From an uncultured Clostridia bacterium (GTDB taxonomy: Bacteria; Bacillota; Clostridia; TANB77; CAG-465): a DNA stretch of 64,000 nt. The stretch covers positions 26,174-90,173 of the forward strand of contig CANQUF010000003.1 of NCBI GenBank assembly GCA_947626975.1, written 5' to 3'. The notes under the pieces were generated by a model. It searched no databases and had not been told where the DNA came from. It saw nothing but the letters and a program-made list of their open reading frames with translations. Made by a program: the position numbers and the translations under genes. Shown here piece after piece: positions 1 through 9,203 of this stretch. The stretch's first letter is position 1. Each line of letters opens with the position of its first letter.

Positions 1-1
1 A

Positions 2-496
2 GGTGCTGATATAATTTTGCTACCTGAAATTGACTATAATCTAAATGTGGTGTGTAAAAAGGTAGAAGAAATTATGACATCATCAAAACGTTATGTAATA
101 ATAGCAGTATCTGAGGCAAGTAAAGAAAGTGGAAAGTCCGAAACAATATCAAGAGTTATTGAAGATAGTTTTGAGCAAAAAAGATATGGTGGTATAGCTG
201 CAAAATTATCTGAACAAATAGAAAAAATTACAGGATTTGAGTCAAGGCCTATGGTACTTGGACATTTACAAAGAGGTGGAGAACCTTGTAGTGCCGACAT
301 TGTTCTTGCTGCAAAACTTGCAAATTCTGCATTAAATTTATTAATTAATAATGAATCTGGAGTTATTGTGGGTGCCAGTAATGATGTAATAAAAAAAATT
401 TCATTTCCTAAAAAAAGGGAAGCAAGACTTCTTGACTTAAATACTAACGAAGTATATTTAACTGCAAAAGATATGGGAGTTTGTTTTGGAAATTAA
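2..496 (+). CDS. pfkA: 6-phosphofructokinase, C-terminal part (5' end lies outside the window)
   Basis: The frame is open from the window edge. The translation contains the PFK motif MVLGHLQRGG and a typical C-terminal region. Confidence 0.8.
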   Translation, partial: GADIILLPEIDYNLNVVCKKVEEIMTSSKRYVIIAVSEASKESGKSETISRVIEDSFEQKRYGGIAAKLSEQIEKITGFESRPMVLGHLQRGGEPCSADIVLAAKLANSALNLLINNESGVIVGASNDVIKKISFPKKREARLLDLNTNEVYLTAKDMGVCFGN

Positions 497-783
497 TAAA
501 TACCTGACTTGAATTTAATTAATTTTATTTGTATTAGAAAAATAGTTGGATTTTTGTTACCATTCATAGCCAATTTTTATAAAAAAACTAGATTTTATGG
601 CACTTTTAAAGATTTTTAAAAATATTTATTTATAAAAATATGTAAAAATGTTCTATTTTTAATCTAAGTTTTATCTTGTAAAAATTCATGTAATTCTTAT
701 TATTCTAATAAATTTATCAGCTGTAAATTGTAAGAGTTTCTTTTAGAATTAACGTTATAAAAACTATTATATTAGCAAGTGTA

Positions 784-812
784 TTGACAAAAATAATAAT
801 TTATTGTATAAT
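784..812 (+). promoter_or_regulatory. sigmaA-type promoter for the first surface-protein gene
   Basis: TTGACA (784-789), 17-nt spacer, TATAAT (807-812). Confidence 0.5.
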
Positions 813-874
813 CGTCGTATGAATAAAAATATAGTGTTTTTATTATAAGTTTTTCTTTAAAAGGAGTGAATTGT

Positions 875-2038
875 ATGAAGAAAAAAGATTTTAAATTCTT
901 AGCTTTAGCATTTGCATTTTGTATGACCCTAGTATTTGCAAAGCCAGTAATGGCAGCAGAGGGTTGCAGTGTTGAAAATTGTGCTGAAGAATGCACTGGA
1001 GAATGTACTGGTGAGGAATGTACAGCAACTTGTTGTCCTGTAGTAGTAAAAGCTTCAGATGGTACAACAAAATGTTACACTACTTTAGATGCTGCTATAA
1101 ATGGTGCTCAGAGTGGGGCTACAATCACATTAAGAGCTGATGTTGAAGTAACTTCTCAGGTAAAGATTGATAGTGCTAAATCAAATATTACACTTGATTT
1201 AGGAAATTATTCAATAAAAGCAAGTGACAGTTCTATGGGTGATGAAAATAGTAACCATCTTCTTGAAATTGAAGCAAGCAATGTAACAGTAAAAAATGGT
1301 TCATTGGTAACGGGTAACCTAACTAAACATGGTATTAATGTTTATGGAGTTAATGATGTTACATTAGAAAATTTGAAAATTGACCATACTAAATCTAAGG
1401 GAGGAGCACCTCTAGTAGTAAATGGATCTACTGTAACAGTAAAAGGAAAGTTAGATTTAGTGCTTGGTACACACTCTTGGTATGGAATAAATGTTGATCC
1501 AAAAGCTCAAGACAAAGCTACTTTAACTTTAGAAGATAAGTCTATAGTTGCTGCAGAAGGTAATGGAGACAAACCAGTTATATATCAAGACCCAATTAAA
1601 GAAGAGGATAAAGGAACAAAAATAAGTGATGTCAATGTAAATGGAAATACAGAAGTTGCTATAAAAGATGAAGAAGGAACTACATATTATGTAGGGCTAA
1701 CACCAGATGAAGTAGAAAATAAGGTAAAAGAAGGTTCAACACTAACAATAATGAAAGGTGATATGGCACTAGAAAATCTACCAGATGGTGTAACAGTAAA
1801 AACAGAAGGAGATGCAACAGCAACAGTAAATGGATATGAGGTAACAGATCAAGGAGTAGACACAAGTTTATTAAACAAATTAAAAGAGTTAGAAGAGTCA
1901 TTAAATGAATCAGTAAGTGAAGATGAAAAAGATGCAACACCAAAAACAGGTACAGTAGATTATAGTATATATGTTGTAGCAGCAATAGCAGTAGTTTTAA
2001 TTGGTGGAGCTTTTACAGCAAAAAAATTAGTAAAATAA
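875..2038 (+). CDS. Secreted cell-wall-anchored surface protein (beta-helix-like repeats), sortase B substrate
   Basis: AAGGAG sits 8 nt before the ATG at 875. Signal peptide ...KPVMA/AEG. C-terminal sorting signal is TPKTG, then a hydrophobic stretch, then KKLVK. The central region is paralogous to 34166..35653. Confidence 0.8.
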   Translation: MKKKDFKFLALAFAFCMTLVFAKPVMAAEGCSVENCAEECTGECTGEECTATCCPVVVKASDGTTKCYTTLDAAINGAQSGATITLRADVEVTSQVKIDSAKSNITLDLGNYSIKASDSSMGDENSNHLLEIEASNVTVKNGSLVTGNLTKHGINVYGVNDVTLENLKIDHTKSKGGAPLVVNGSTVTVKGKLDLVLGTHSWYGINVDPKAQDKATLTLEDKSIVAAEGNGDKPVIYQDPIKEEDKGTKISDVNVNGNTEVAIKDEEGTTYYVGLTPDEVENKVKEGSTLTIMKGDMALENLPDGVTVKTEGDATATVNGYEVTDQGVDTSLLNKLKELEESLNESVSEDEKDATPKTGTVDYSIYVVAAIAVVLIGGAFTAKKLVK

Positions 2039-2062
2039 AGTTATTTTAAAATTATATCATAT

Positions 2063-2098
2063 AATTAGAGTAGGAAATATAAATAACCTACTCTAATT
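2063..2098 (+). terminator. Hairpin downstream of the surface-protein gene
   Basis: Perfect 12-bp stem AATTAGAGTAGG/CCTACTCTAATT with a 12-nt loop. The U-tract is weak. Confidence 0.45.
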
Positions 2099-2265
2099 GT
2101 ATTTAAATAGAATTGTAAAAATAAAAAAGAACTTAAATTTATTAAAAATAAAATAAAATAATTGAAAAAAAATATAATATATGATATATTAAGATAGTAG
2201 ACAGCAAAATAACAAATTGTTTTTTTGTTAAAAATTAATATAAATAATAGTAAGGGGGAAAATTT

Positions 2266-3048
2266 ATGAAAAAACTTTTTATAGGTTTAGTTTTTGTAAT
2301 GGTTTGTTGTGTGGCTTTAACTTTTACAAATAGTGTAAGTGCATCTAGTATTGCACTTAACGTTACTGATATAACAAATGCTGATACATATCATAGTGGA
2401 AATAAAAAAATAGAGTTTGATTCTAGCATTAGTGAAGATGGAAAAACAGTTAATGTTGTATATAATTCAGCTGATTTAAAAATTATTGGCGGAGGCGAAG
2501 GTGACACCGCATCTGAAGGACGTCCAGATGGATATGCTTGGTTTGGAGTTAGAGTAACTGCACCAACTGTAGATGATACAAAAATAACTAAGTATAAGAT
2601 AGATAATGGTGAGGCAGTTGAAGGTACATCATATGATGGATATTTTGCAATCAATAAAGATAAATTAGAACAAGCTACTAAAGAAGCAAAAGATATTAAT
2701 TATAGTTTTAAAATTACTTGGTTAAAAGATGGTGAGGCAGATGAAGCTAGTGAAGTAATTACACAAACTATTAATGTAACAATTAAAGTAGATAGTATAA
2801 AGCTATATGGTAAAGAAGATACAGAAGATAGTATACTTTGGAATAATGAAATTTATGCACAAGTGAAAAAAGCTTCTGAAGGAGCAAATAAGCCACAAGA
2901 GCCACAAACTACACAACCAGCTATAACTAATGATGAAAAAGATACAACACCAAAAACAGGTACAGTAGATTATAGTATATATGTTGTAGCATCAATAGCT
3001 GTAGTTTTAATTGGTGGAGCTTTTACAGTAAAAAAATTAGTTAAATAG
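2266..3048 (+). CDS. Secreted cell-wall-anchored surface protein, sortase B substrate
   Basis: Signal peptide ending SVSA/SS. The C-terminal TPKTG sorting signal is nearly identical in DNA to that of 875..2038. Confidence 0.8.
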   Translation: MKKLFIGLVFVMVCCVALTFTNSVSASSIALNVTDITNADTYHSGNKKIEFDSSISEDGKTVNVVYNSADLKIIGGGEGDTASEGRPDGYAWFGVRVTAPTVDDTKITKYKIDNGEAVEGTSYDGYFAINKDKLEQATKEAKDINYSFKITWLKDGEADEASEVITQTINVTIKVDSIKLYGKEDTEDSILWNNEIYAQVKKASEGANKPQEPQTTQPAITNDEKDTTPKTGTVDYSIYVVASIAVVLIGGAFTVKKLVK

Positions 3049-3067
3049 TTATATATTTTTATTATTG

Positions 3068-3088
3068 GAGTAGGGAATCTCCCTACTC
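3068..3088 (+). terminator. Short hairpin between substrate gene and sortase gene (possible partial terminator)
   Basis: GAGTAGGGA / TCCCTACTC stem with a 3-nt loop. It shares the GAGTAGG core with the hairpin at 2063..2098. Confidence 0.3.
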
Positions 3089-3112
3089 TAAAGATTATTT
3101 TAAGGAGAGTTT

Positions 3113-3907
3113 ATGAGAAGGGCAAATAGAAAAAATAAAGAAAAAAATAAAAAAAAGCAAGTGTTAATAGTGGTACTATCAGTTGTATTAATTATAGTGC
3201 TAGTATTAAGTGCTTTTATTGTAGTTAAGCATATTAAGAATAAGGATAAAGATGAAAAACCAGAAGAAGAAGTTGTTAACCAGCCTCAAGAAGAGGAAGT
3301 AATTACAGCAGAAAAATCAGATAGAATAAAGAAACTAGAGGAATTAAAAGCTATTAATCCAGAAATTGTTGGAATACTTGAAATAGATGGTACAAAAATA
3401 AATTATCCTGTAGTTCAAGCCAAAGACAATGATTACTATTTAACACACAATTACAAAAAAGAAAAATCACAAGATGGAGCATTATTTTTAGATAAAGATT
3501 ATGATATGAGTAAACCAAGTAGTAATTTACTTATATATGGACATAACAATATAGGAAGTAAAGAAATGTTTGTTGATTTAATAAACTACAAAAGTAAGGA
3601 CTTCTATAACTCTCATAAAACAATAAGATATACAACATTACAAGAAGAGGAAGAATATGAAATAATAAGTGTATTCTTATCAAGAGTATATTATAAGTCT
3701 GAAAAGAACGTATTTAGATATTACTATTTTGTTGATGCAAAAAACGAACAAGAATATAACGACTTTGTTCAAAATGCAAAAAAAGCAAGTCTCTATGATA
3801 TAGATGCAACAGCTTCATATGGAGAACAACTTATGACATTATCAACATGTGAATATTCACAAACAGATGGAAGACTTGCAGTTGTTGCTAAGAAAATTAA
3901 CAAGTAA
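3113..3907 (+). CDS. srtB: Class B sortase
   Basis: N-terminal TM anchor. YPVVQAKDNDYYL block, IYGHN, catalytic TLSTCEY and a C-terminal GRLAVVA (Arg) are typical SrtB architecture. Confidence 0.85.
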   Translation: MRRANRKNKEKNKKKQVLIVVLSVVLIIVLVLSAFIVVKHIKNKDKDEKPEEEVVNQPQEEEVITAEKSDRIKKLEELKAINPEIVGILEIDGTKINYPVVQAKDNDYYLTHNYKKEKSQDGALFLDKDYDMSKPSSNLLIYGHNNIGSKEMFVDLINYKSKDFYNSHKTIRYTTLQEEEEYEIISVFLSRVYYKSEKNVFRYYYFVDAKNEQEYNDFVQNAKKASLYDIDATASYGEQLMTLSTCEYSQTDGRLAVVAKKINK

Positions 3908-3949
3908 GATAAAAAAAGCATTAAAATGCTCAACAAGAATAAATCAAAT

Positions 3950-3992
3950 AATCTATACATACTAATATGTTGGTATGTATAGATTATTTTTC
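3950..3992 (+). terminator. Rho-independent terminator after srtB
   Basis: Perfect 13-bp stem AATCTATACATAC/GTATGTATAGATT followed by a T-run. Confidence 0.8.
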
Positions 3993-4277
3993 CTATTAGT
4001 AGTGAAGTTTTAACTTATTTTCAAATAAAATAGTAATTGTAATAAACTTTCACTAATATTTCACATAGTACATATTTACAGAAAAGTATTTCTATGATAA
4101 AATATTTCAGTGTCAAAATTTTCTTAATCATTAATTATCTTGATCATTGTAAACAAATATAGTTTATTTTATCAATTTTTTAAAGATATGAATAAGTAAA
4201 AATATAATGGTATAAAATTTAGTATAAAAGAATATATTAAATATATTAGTTATTAGAATGAAGAGGGGAGAAAATAA

Positions 4278-6536
4278 ATGTTAAAAATATTATGCTATTT
4301 AAGAAAAACTACCATTTCTGTTATTGCTATAGTACTGTTATTATGTATTCAAGCAGCAGCTGATCTTGCTTTACCAGACTATACTTCAAAAATAGTAAAT
4401 ATAGGAATACAGCAAAATGGAATAGAAAATCAATCACCTGAAGTTATTAGAAAGTCAAAATTAGATGATTTATCTCTATTTTTTAATAATAAAGAAGAGG
4501 TGTTAAATAAATATACATTAGTATCGAAGGATAGTATCGATAATTCAAAAAAAGAAGAATATCTAGAAAAATATCCTGAACTTAATAATCAAGAACTATA
4601 TGTAATAAATGATGATATAACAAAAGAGGAAATAAGTAATTTAAATAATGCATTTAGTAAACCTTTAATGGAATTATATTTAGTTCAAAATGAAGAAATG
4701 TCTAATGTAATAAAACAACAAATAATTTCAAATTTGCCTGAAGAACAAAAACTAGCTTTTCAAAATATGCCTTTGATAGAAATATTAAAAATGTTACCTC
4801 AAGATAGTTTAAATCAAATAAAAAATACATTAGATTCTGAAATTGATAAAATGCAAGGTACAATTATAGATCAAGCTGCTATATCTATGGTAAAAGATGA
4901 ATATCAAACTATAGGAGTAAACGTAGATAAATTACAAACTGACTATATTATAATGGCGGGACTACAAATGTTAGGAATAGCTTTTATTAGTATGGTATCT
5001 GCTATAGCTGTAATGCTACTATCTTCAAGGGTAGCTGCAAAATTAGGGAATACTTTAAGAGATATTGTATTTAAAAAGGTTATTAATTATTCAACAAAGG
5101 AATTTAATGAATTTTCTACTGCTTCTTTAATAACTCGTAGTACAAATGATATTCAACAAATTCAATTATTAATTACAATGTTATTTAGAATTGTAATATA
5201 TGCCCCAATTATTGGTATAGGTGGATTTGTACATGTACTTGCAAGTAATAACTCATCTATGGCCTGGATAATTGGTCTTGCAATAGTATGTATAATTTTT
5301 ATAGTTGGAATATTATTTATTTCAACTATGCCAAAATTTAAAAAACTGCAAGATTTAATAGATAGATTAAATTTAGTATCTCGTGAAATTCTTACTGGTC
5401 TTCCTGTAATTAGAGCTTTTAACACAGAAAGAAAAGAAGAAAAAAGATTTGAAAATTCAAATAAAGATTTGATGAAAGCAAATATTTTTGTAAATAGATC
5501 AATGAGTATGATGATGCCTCTTCTTATGTTAATAATGAATGGTATTACTCTTTTAATAATCTGGATTGGTGGCCATAACATTGATAGTGGAGCTATGCAA
5601 GTTGGAGATATGATGGCATTTATACAATATACAATGCAAATAGTAATGAGTTTCTTGATGATATCATTTATATCCATAATGCTTCCTCGTGCTGCAGTAT
5701 CTGCTAGACGTATAAACGAAGTAATTGAATCTGAAATTAGCATAAAAGATGTGGATGAACCTATATCTTTTGATGATAATAAAAAAGGTATAGTTGAATT
5801 TAAAAATGTATCATTTAGATATCCTGATGCAGATACAGAAATATTGGAAGACATTACATTTACAGCTTACCCTGGAAAAACAACAGCTTTGATTGGTAGT
5901 ACAGGTAGCGGAAAGTCTACGATTGTTAATTTAATACCACGTTTTTATGATGTTACTGGTGGTGAATTATTAATTGATGGAGTAAATATAAAGAAAGTTT
6001 CTCAAAAAGAATTAAGGAAAAGAATTGGATTTGTACCACAAAAAGGTATTTTAATTAGTGGTACTATAGAGTCAAATATTAAGTTTGCAAATCCAGATAT
6101 GTCTGATGAAGATATGATTGAAGCTGCAGAAATAGCACAAGCTAAAGAGTTTATCGAAAGTAAACCTAACAAATATAATGAAGAAATATCTCAAGGAGGA
6201 ACAAATGTTTCTGGTGGGCAAAGACAACGATTATCAATAGCTAGAGCAATAGCTACAAATCCTGAAATTTTTGTTTTTGATGATAGTTTTTCTGCTCTTG
6301 ACTTAAAGACTGATAGAAAATTAAGAGATGCTTTAAAGAAAAAGACTAAAAATAAAACGGTTATAATTGTTGCACAAAGAATAAGTACTATAATGGATGC
6401 AGATCAAATAATAGTTTTAGATGAAGGAAAAATTGTTGGAATAGGAAAACATGAAGAATTACTTAGAACATGTGATATATATAAGCAAATAGCTTTATCG
6501 CAACTTTCAAAGGAGGAATTAGAAAATGGCAAATAA
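4278..6536 (+). CDS. ABC exporter permease/ATPase, degenerate-site subunit of a heterodimer
   Basis: Six-TM exporter domain plus NBD. Walker A is GSTGSGKST and the signature is VSGGQRQR. Walker B is FVFDDS (Asp replaces the catalytic Glu). The H-loop is AQR rather than AHR. A long hydrophilic insertion lies between TM1 and TM2. Confidence 0.85.
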   Translation: MLKILCYLRKTTISVIAIVLLLCIQAAADLALPDYTSKIVNIGIQQNGIENQSPEVIRKSKLDDLSLFFNNKEEVLNKYTLVSKDSIDNSKKEEYLEKYPELNNQELYVINDDITKEEISNLNNAFSKPLMELYLVQNEEMSNVIKQQIISNLPEEQKLAFQNMPLIEILKMLPQDSLNQIKNTLDSEIDKMQGTIIDQAAISMVKDEYQTIGVNVDKLQTDYIIMAGLQMLGIAFISMVSAIAVMLLSSRVAAKLGNTLRDIVFKKVINYSTKEFNEFSTASLITRSTNDIQQIQLLITMLFRIVIYAPIIGIGGFVHVLASNNSSMAWIIGLAIVCIIFIVGILFISTMPKFKKLQDLIDRLNLVSREILTGLPVIRAFNTERKEEKRFENSNKDLMKANIFVNRSMSMMMPLLMLIMNGITLLIIWIGGHNIDSGAMQVGDMMAFIQYTMQIVMSFLMISFISIMLPRAAVSARRINEVIESEISIKDVDEPISFDDNKKGIVEFKNVSFRYPDADTEILEDITFTAYPGKTTALIGSTGSGKSTIVNLIPRFYDVTGGELLIDGVNIKKVSQKELRKRIGFVPQKGILISGTIESNIKFANPDMSDEDMIEAAEIAQAKEFIESKPNKYNEEISQGGTNVSGGQRQRLSIARAIATNPEIFVFDDSFSALDLKTDRKLRDALKKKTKNKTVIIVAQRISTIMDADQIIVLDEGKIVGIGKHEELLRTCDIYKQIALSQLSKEELENGK

Positions 6537-8367
6537 TAATAAAAGACCTCCAATGGGAAGAATGGGACCAGGAAGAGGTGCTGTAGAAAAAGCAAAAGAT
6601 TTTAAAGGAACTACTAAAAAGCTATTAAATAATTACTTGGTAAAATATAGATTCCAAATTATTGTAGTTATTATATTTGCTATTGCAAGTACAATATTTA
6701 CAATTGTGGGACCAAAAATACTTGGAAATGCTACTACAGAAATTTTTAATGGATTAATATCTAAAATTTCTGGTGGCGATGGGATTAATTTTAGCAAAAT
6801 AGGTAAAATAATCATAACATTATTAGCACTTTATGTTATAAGTTCAATATTCTCTTTTATACAAGGTTTTGTAATGACATCTGTATCCCAAAAGCTAACA
6901 TATAAATTACGTAATGATTTAGTAGAAAAAATAAACAGGCTTCCTATGAATTACTTTGATAGAAAAACAAATGGTGAAGTTTTATCTATTATTACTAATG
7001 ATATAGATACTTTATCTCAAAACTTAAATCAGAGTATTACACAAATAATAACTTCAGTATGTACAGTAATTGGAATACTTATTATGATGTTCTCTATTAG
7101 TTTTGTAATGACAATAGTATCATTTATTGTTTTACCAGTATCTGCTCTACTTATTAGTACAATTGTAAAAAAGTCTCAAAAGTACTTTAAAAGACAACAA
7201 GAATATTTAGGGCATGTAAACGGGCAAGTAGAAGAAATATATGGTGGACATATAATTGTAAAAGCATTTAATTTTGAAGATAGTGCAATAAAAAATTTTA
7301 AAAAAGCAAATGATGAATTATATCGTAGTGCTTGGAAATCTCAATTTTTATCTGGACTTATGTTTCCAGTTATGAATTTCATTTCTAATATAGGGTATGT
7401 ATCAGTAGCTATTCTTGGTGGATATCTTGCAATAAAAGGAAAAATAACAGTTGGAAATATTCAAAGCTTTATACAATATAACAAACAATTTACACAACCA
7501 ATAAATCAAATAGCACAAGTATCTAGTATGTTACAATCTATGATTGCAGCAGCAGAAAGAGTATTTGAATTCTTAGAAGAGGAAGAAGAACCAAAAGTAA
7601 TAGATAACAAATTAAATATTAAAAACTTGAAGGGAAATGTAGAATTTGAACATGTAAGTTTTGGTTATAATCCTGATAAAATTATTATAAATGATTTTAA
7701 TGCTAAAGTTAAAGAGGGACAAAAAATAGCTATTGTTGGACCAACTGGTGCTGGCAAAACTACTATGGTAAAGCTTTTAATGAGATTTTATGATGTAAAT
7801 AGTGGTAAAATACTTATTGACAAACATAATATACAAGAATTTGATAGAGGAGAACTTAGAAAAATGTTTGGTATGGTTCTTCAAGATACATGGTTATTTA
7901 ATGGGACTGTAAAAGATAACATAAAATACGGAAAAGAAGATGCTACAGATAATGAAGTTATTGAAGCTGCTAAAGCAGCACATGTACATCATTTTATAAA
8001 AACATTACCTAATGGATATAATGCTCTATTAAATGAAGAATCAAGTAATATATCAGCTGGTCAAAAACAGCTTTTAACAATAGCACGTGTTATACTTACA
8101 GATCCTAAAATACTTATACTTGATGAAGCAACTAGTTCTATTGATACTAGAACAGAGCAATTAATTCAATCTGCTATGGATAATTTAATGAAAGGAAGAA
8201 CTAGTTTTATTATAGCTCATAGACTTTCTACAATAAAAAATGCTGATTTAATTTTAGTAATGGATCATGGAGATATAGTAGAACAGGGAACACATGATGA
8301 ATTATTACAAAAACAAGGTTTCTATGCAGGATTATATAATTCACAATTTGAAGATTGTGAAGAATAA
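6526..8367 (+). CDS. ABC exporter permease/ATPase, consensus-site subunit of a heterodimer
   Basis: Overlaps the upstream stop by 11 nt. Walker A is GPTGAGKTT, Walker B is ILILDEATS and the H-loop is IAHRLST. The signature is the non-consensus ISAGQKQ. Confidence 0.85.
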   Translation: MANNNKRPPMGRMGPGRGAVEKAKDFKGTTKKLLNNYLVKYRFQIIVVIIFAIASTIFTIVGPKILGNATTEIFNGLISKISGGDGINFSKIGKIIITLLALYVISSIFSFIQGFVMTSVSQKLTYKLRNDLVEKINRLPMNYFDRKTNGEVLSIITNDIDTLSQNLNQSITQIITSVCTVIGILIMMFSISFVMTIVSFIVLPVSALLISTIVKKSQKYFKRQQEYLGHVNGQVEEIYGGHIIVKAFNFEDSAIKNFKKANDELYRSAWKSQFLSGLMFPVMNFISNIGYVSVAILGGYLAIKGKITVGNIQSFIQYNKQFTQPINQIAQVSSMLQSMIAAAERVFEFLEEEEEPKVIDNKLNIKNLKGNVEFEHVSFGYNPDKIIINDFNAKVKEGQKIAIVGPTGAGKTTMVKLLMRFYDVNSGKILIDKHNIQEFDRGELRKMFGMVLQDTWLFNGTVKDNIKYGKEDATDNEVIEAAKAAHVHHFIKTLPNGYNALLNEESSNISAGQKQLLTIARVILTDPKILILDEATSSIDTRTEQLIQSAMDNLMKGRTSFIIAHRLSTIKNADLILVMDHGDIVEQGTHDELLQKQGFYAGLYNSQFEDCEE

Positions 8368-8398
8368 AGAATACATTATACTAAAATTTTTAATAAAT

Positions 8399-8440
8399 AA
8401 AACGTCTAAATTTTTTATTATATTTAGACGTTTTAATTCT
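8399..8440 (+). terminator. Rho-independent terminator after the ABC operon
   Basis: Stem AAAACGTCTAAAT/ATTTAGACGTTTT followed by Ts. Confidence 0.8.
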
Positions 8441-8458
8441 TTTTATTAATAAAATAAT

Positions 8459-8627
8459 GTTACTATTCAGACTAGAAGATTATAAAATTTATAAAAAATG
8501 ATTATTAACATATTTCTAAATTAAATATAATATTTTAAAATTGTATTGCAAATTCAATATTATGTATAATACACATTAAATTTTAATTAATTTTGCATTT
8601 TCTGATCAAGGTAGTCTGAATAGTAAC
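8459..8627. mobile_element. MITE-like non-autonomous element, copy 1 (169 bp)
   Basis: Perfect 16-bp terminal inverted repeats GTTACTATTCAGACTA / TAGTCTGAATAGTAAC. Flanked by the 8-bp direct duplication AAAATAAT. No ORF. A second copy lies at 18393..18573. Confidence 0.85.
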
Positions 8628-8667
8628 AAAATAATTAAATTTAATTTAATTTAAATAAGTTTTATGC

Positions 8668-8696
8668 TTGACATAAATAATAAACTCATATATAAT
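8668..8696 (+). promoter_or_regulatory. sigmaA-type promoter
   Basis: TTGACA (8668-8673), 17-nt spacer, TATAAT (8691-8696), upstream of 8798..9043. Confidence 0.5.
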
Positions 8697-8797
8697 ATAT
8701 ACCATATTAAAAATAAATTATTAAAAAATTTTTTAATAATTAGGTAATAATGCTAATGCATTTATTATAAAAAAATATTTATGAGGAGGTAAATTCT

Positions 8798-9043
8798 ATG
8801 GTAGAATTTATTAGTGAGAATGTAGGGTTAATCATTACTTTTATTATAACTGTAATTTTTGTATTTTTGGCAGTAATAACTATAAAGGGAGCTGAAGATA
8901 AAAATATTATTCTTAAGCAAAAGGAAGCAGATGTACGTGAACAGGCATTGACAGCTGAAATAAAGAAAAAGGCTGATGCAGAAAAAGATGCAGATCAACA
9001 AATTCATCAACTGATAATAATAATATTAATGAGGAATAAATAA
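8798..9043 (+). CDS. Small membrane-anchored protein, unknown function
   Basis: GAGGAGG RBS. N-terminal TM helix followed by a charged K/E/A-rich region. Confidence 0.55.
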   Translation: MVEFISENVGLIITFIITVIFVFLAVITIKGAEDKNIILKQKEADVREQALTAEIKKKADAEKDADQQIHQLIIIILMRNK

Positions 9044-9048
9044 CTTTA

Positions 9049-9086
9049 AAAGTAGATCTACTATTAAGTAGGTCTACTTTTTTTAG
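9049..9086 (+). terminator. Rho-independent terminator
   Basis: Stem AAAGTAGATCTAC/GTAGGTCTACTTT (one mismatch) followed by a T-run. Confidence 0.7.
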
Positions 9087-9134
9087 CAAAATAAATATTT
9101 AATTGTAACAATAATGAAATAATATAATAAAATT

Positions 9135-9173
9135 AAACTTTTGTTTGACAAACATAAATTTGTATGTTATACT
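9135..9173 (+). promoter_or_regulatory. lexA promoter with candidate LexA operator
   Basis: TTGACA (9145-9150), 17-nt spacer, TATACT (9168-9173). AAACTTTTGTTT (9135-9146) resembles the Firmicute GAAC-N4-GTTC/T SOS box with one mismatch and overlaps the -35 element. Confidence 0.4.
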
Positions 9174-9203
9174 TTTTTTAATATTAAATGAGGAGGAGTA
9201 TAT

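Noticed and set aside
5162-5854. 230-aa minus-strand ORF inside the first ABC gene
   Set aside because: It is antisense to a gene with clear ABC motifs. It has no RBS, and its Ser/Ile/Phe-rich composition is typical of shadow ORFs in AT-rich DNA.
8535-8575. Outward-facing promoter inside the MITE (TTGTAT-18-TATAAT or TTGCAA-13-TATAAT)
   Set aside because: The spacers are non-optimal, and the downstream gene of copy 1 has its own better promoter. Copy 2 would drive antisense transcription. This is noted only as a possibility.
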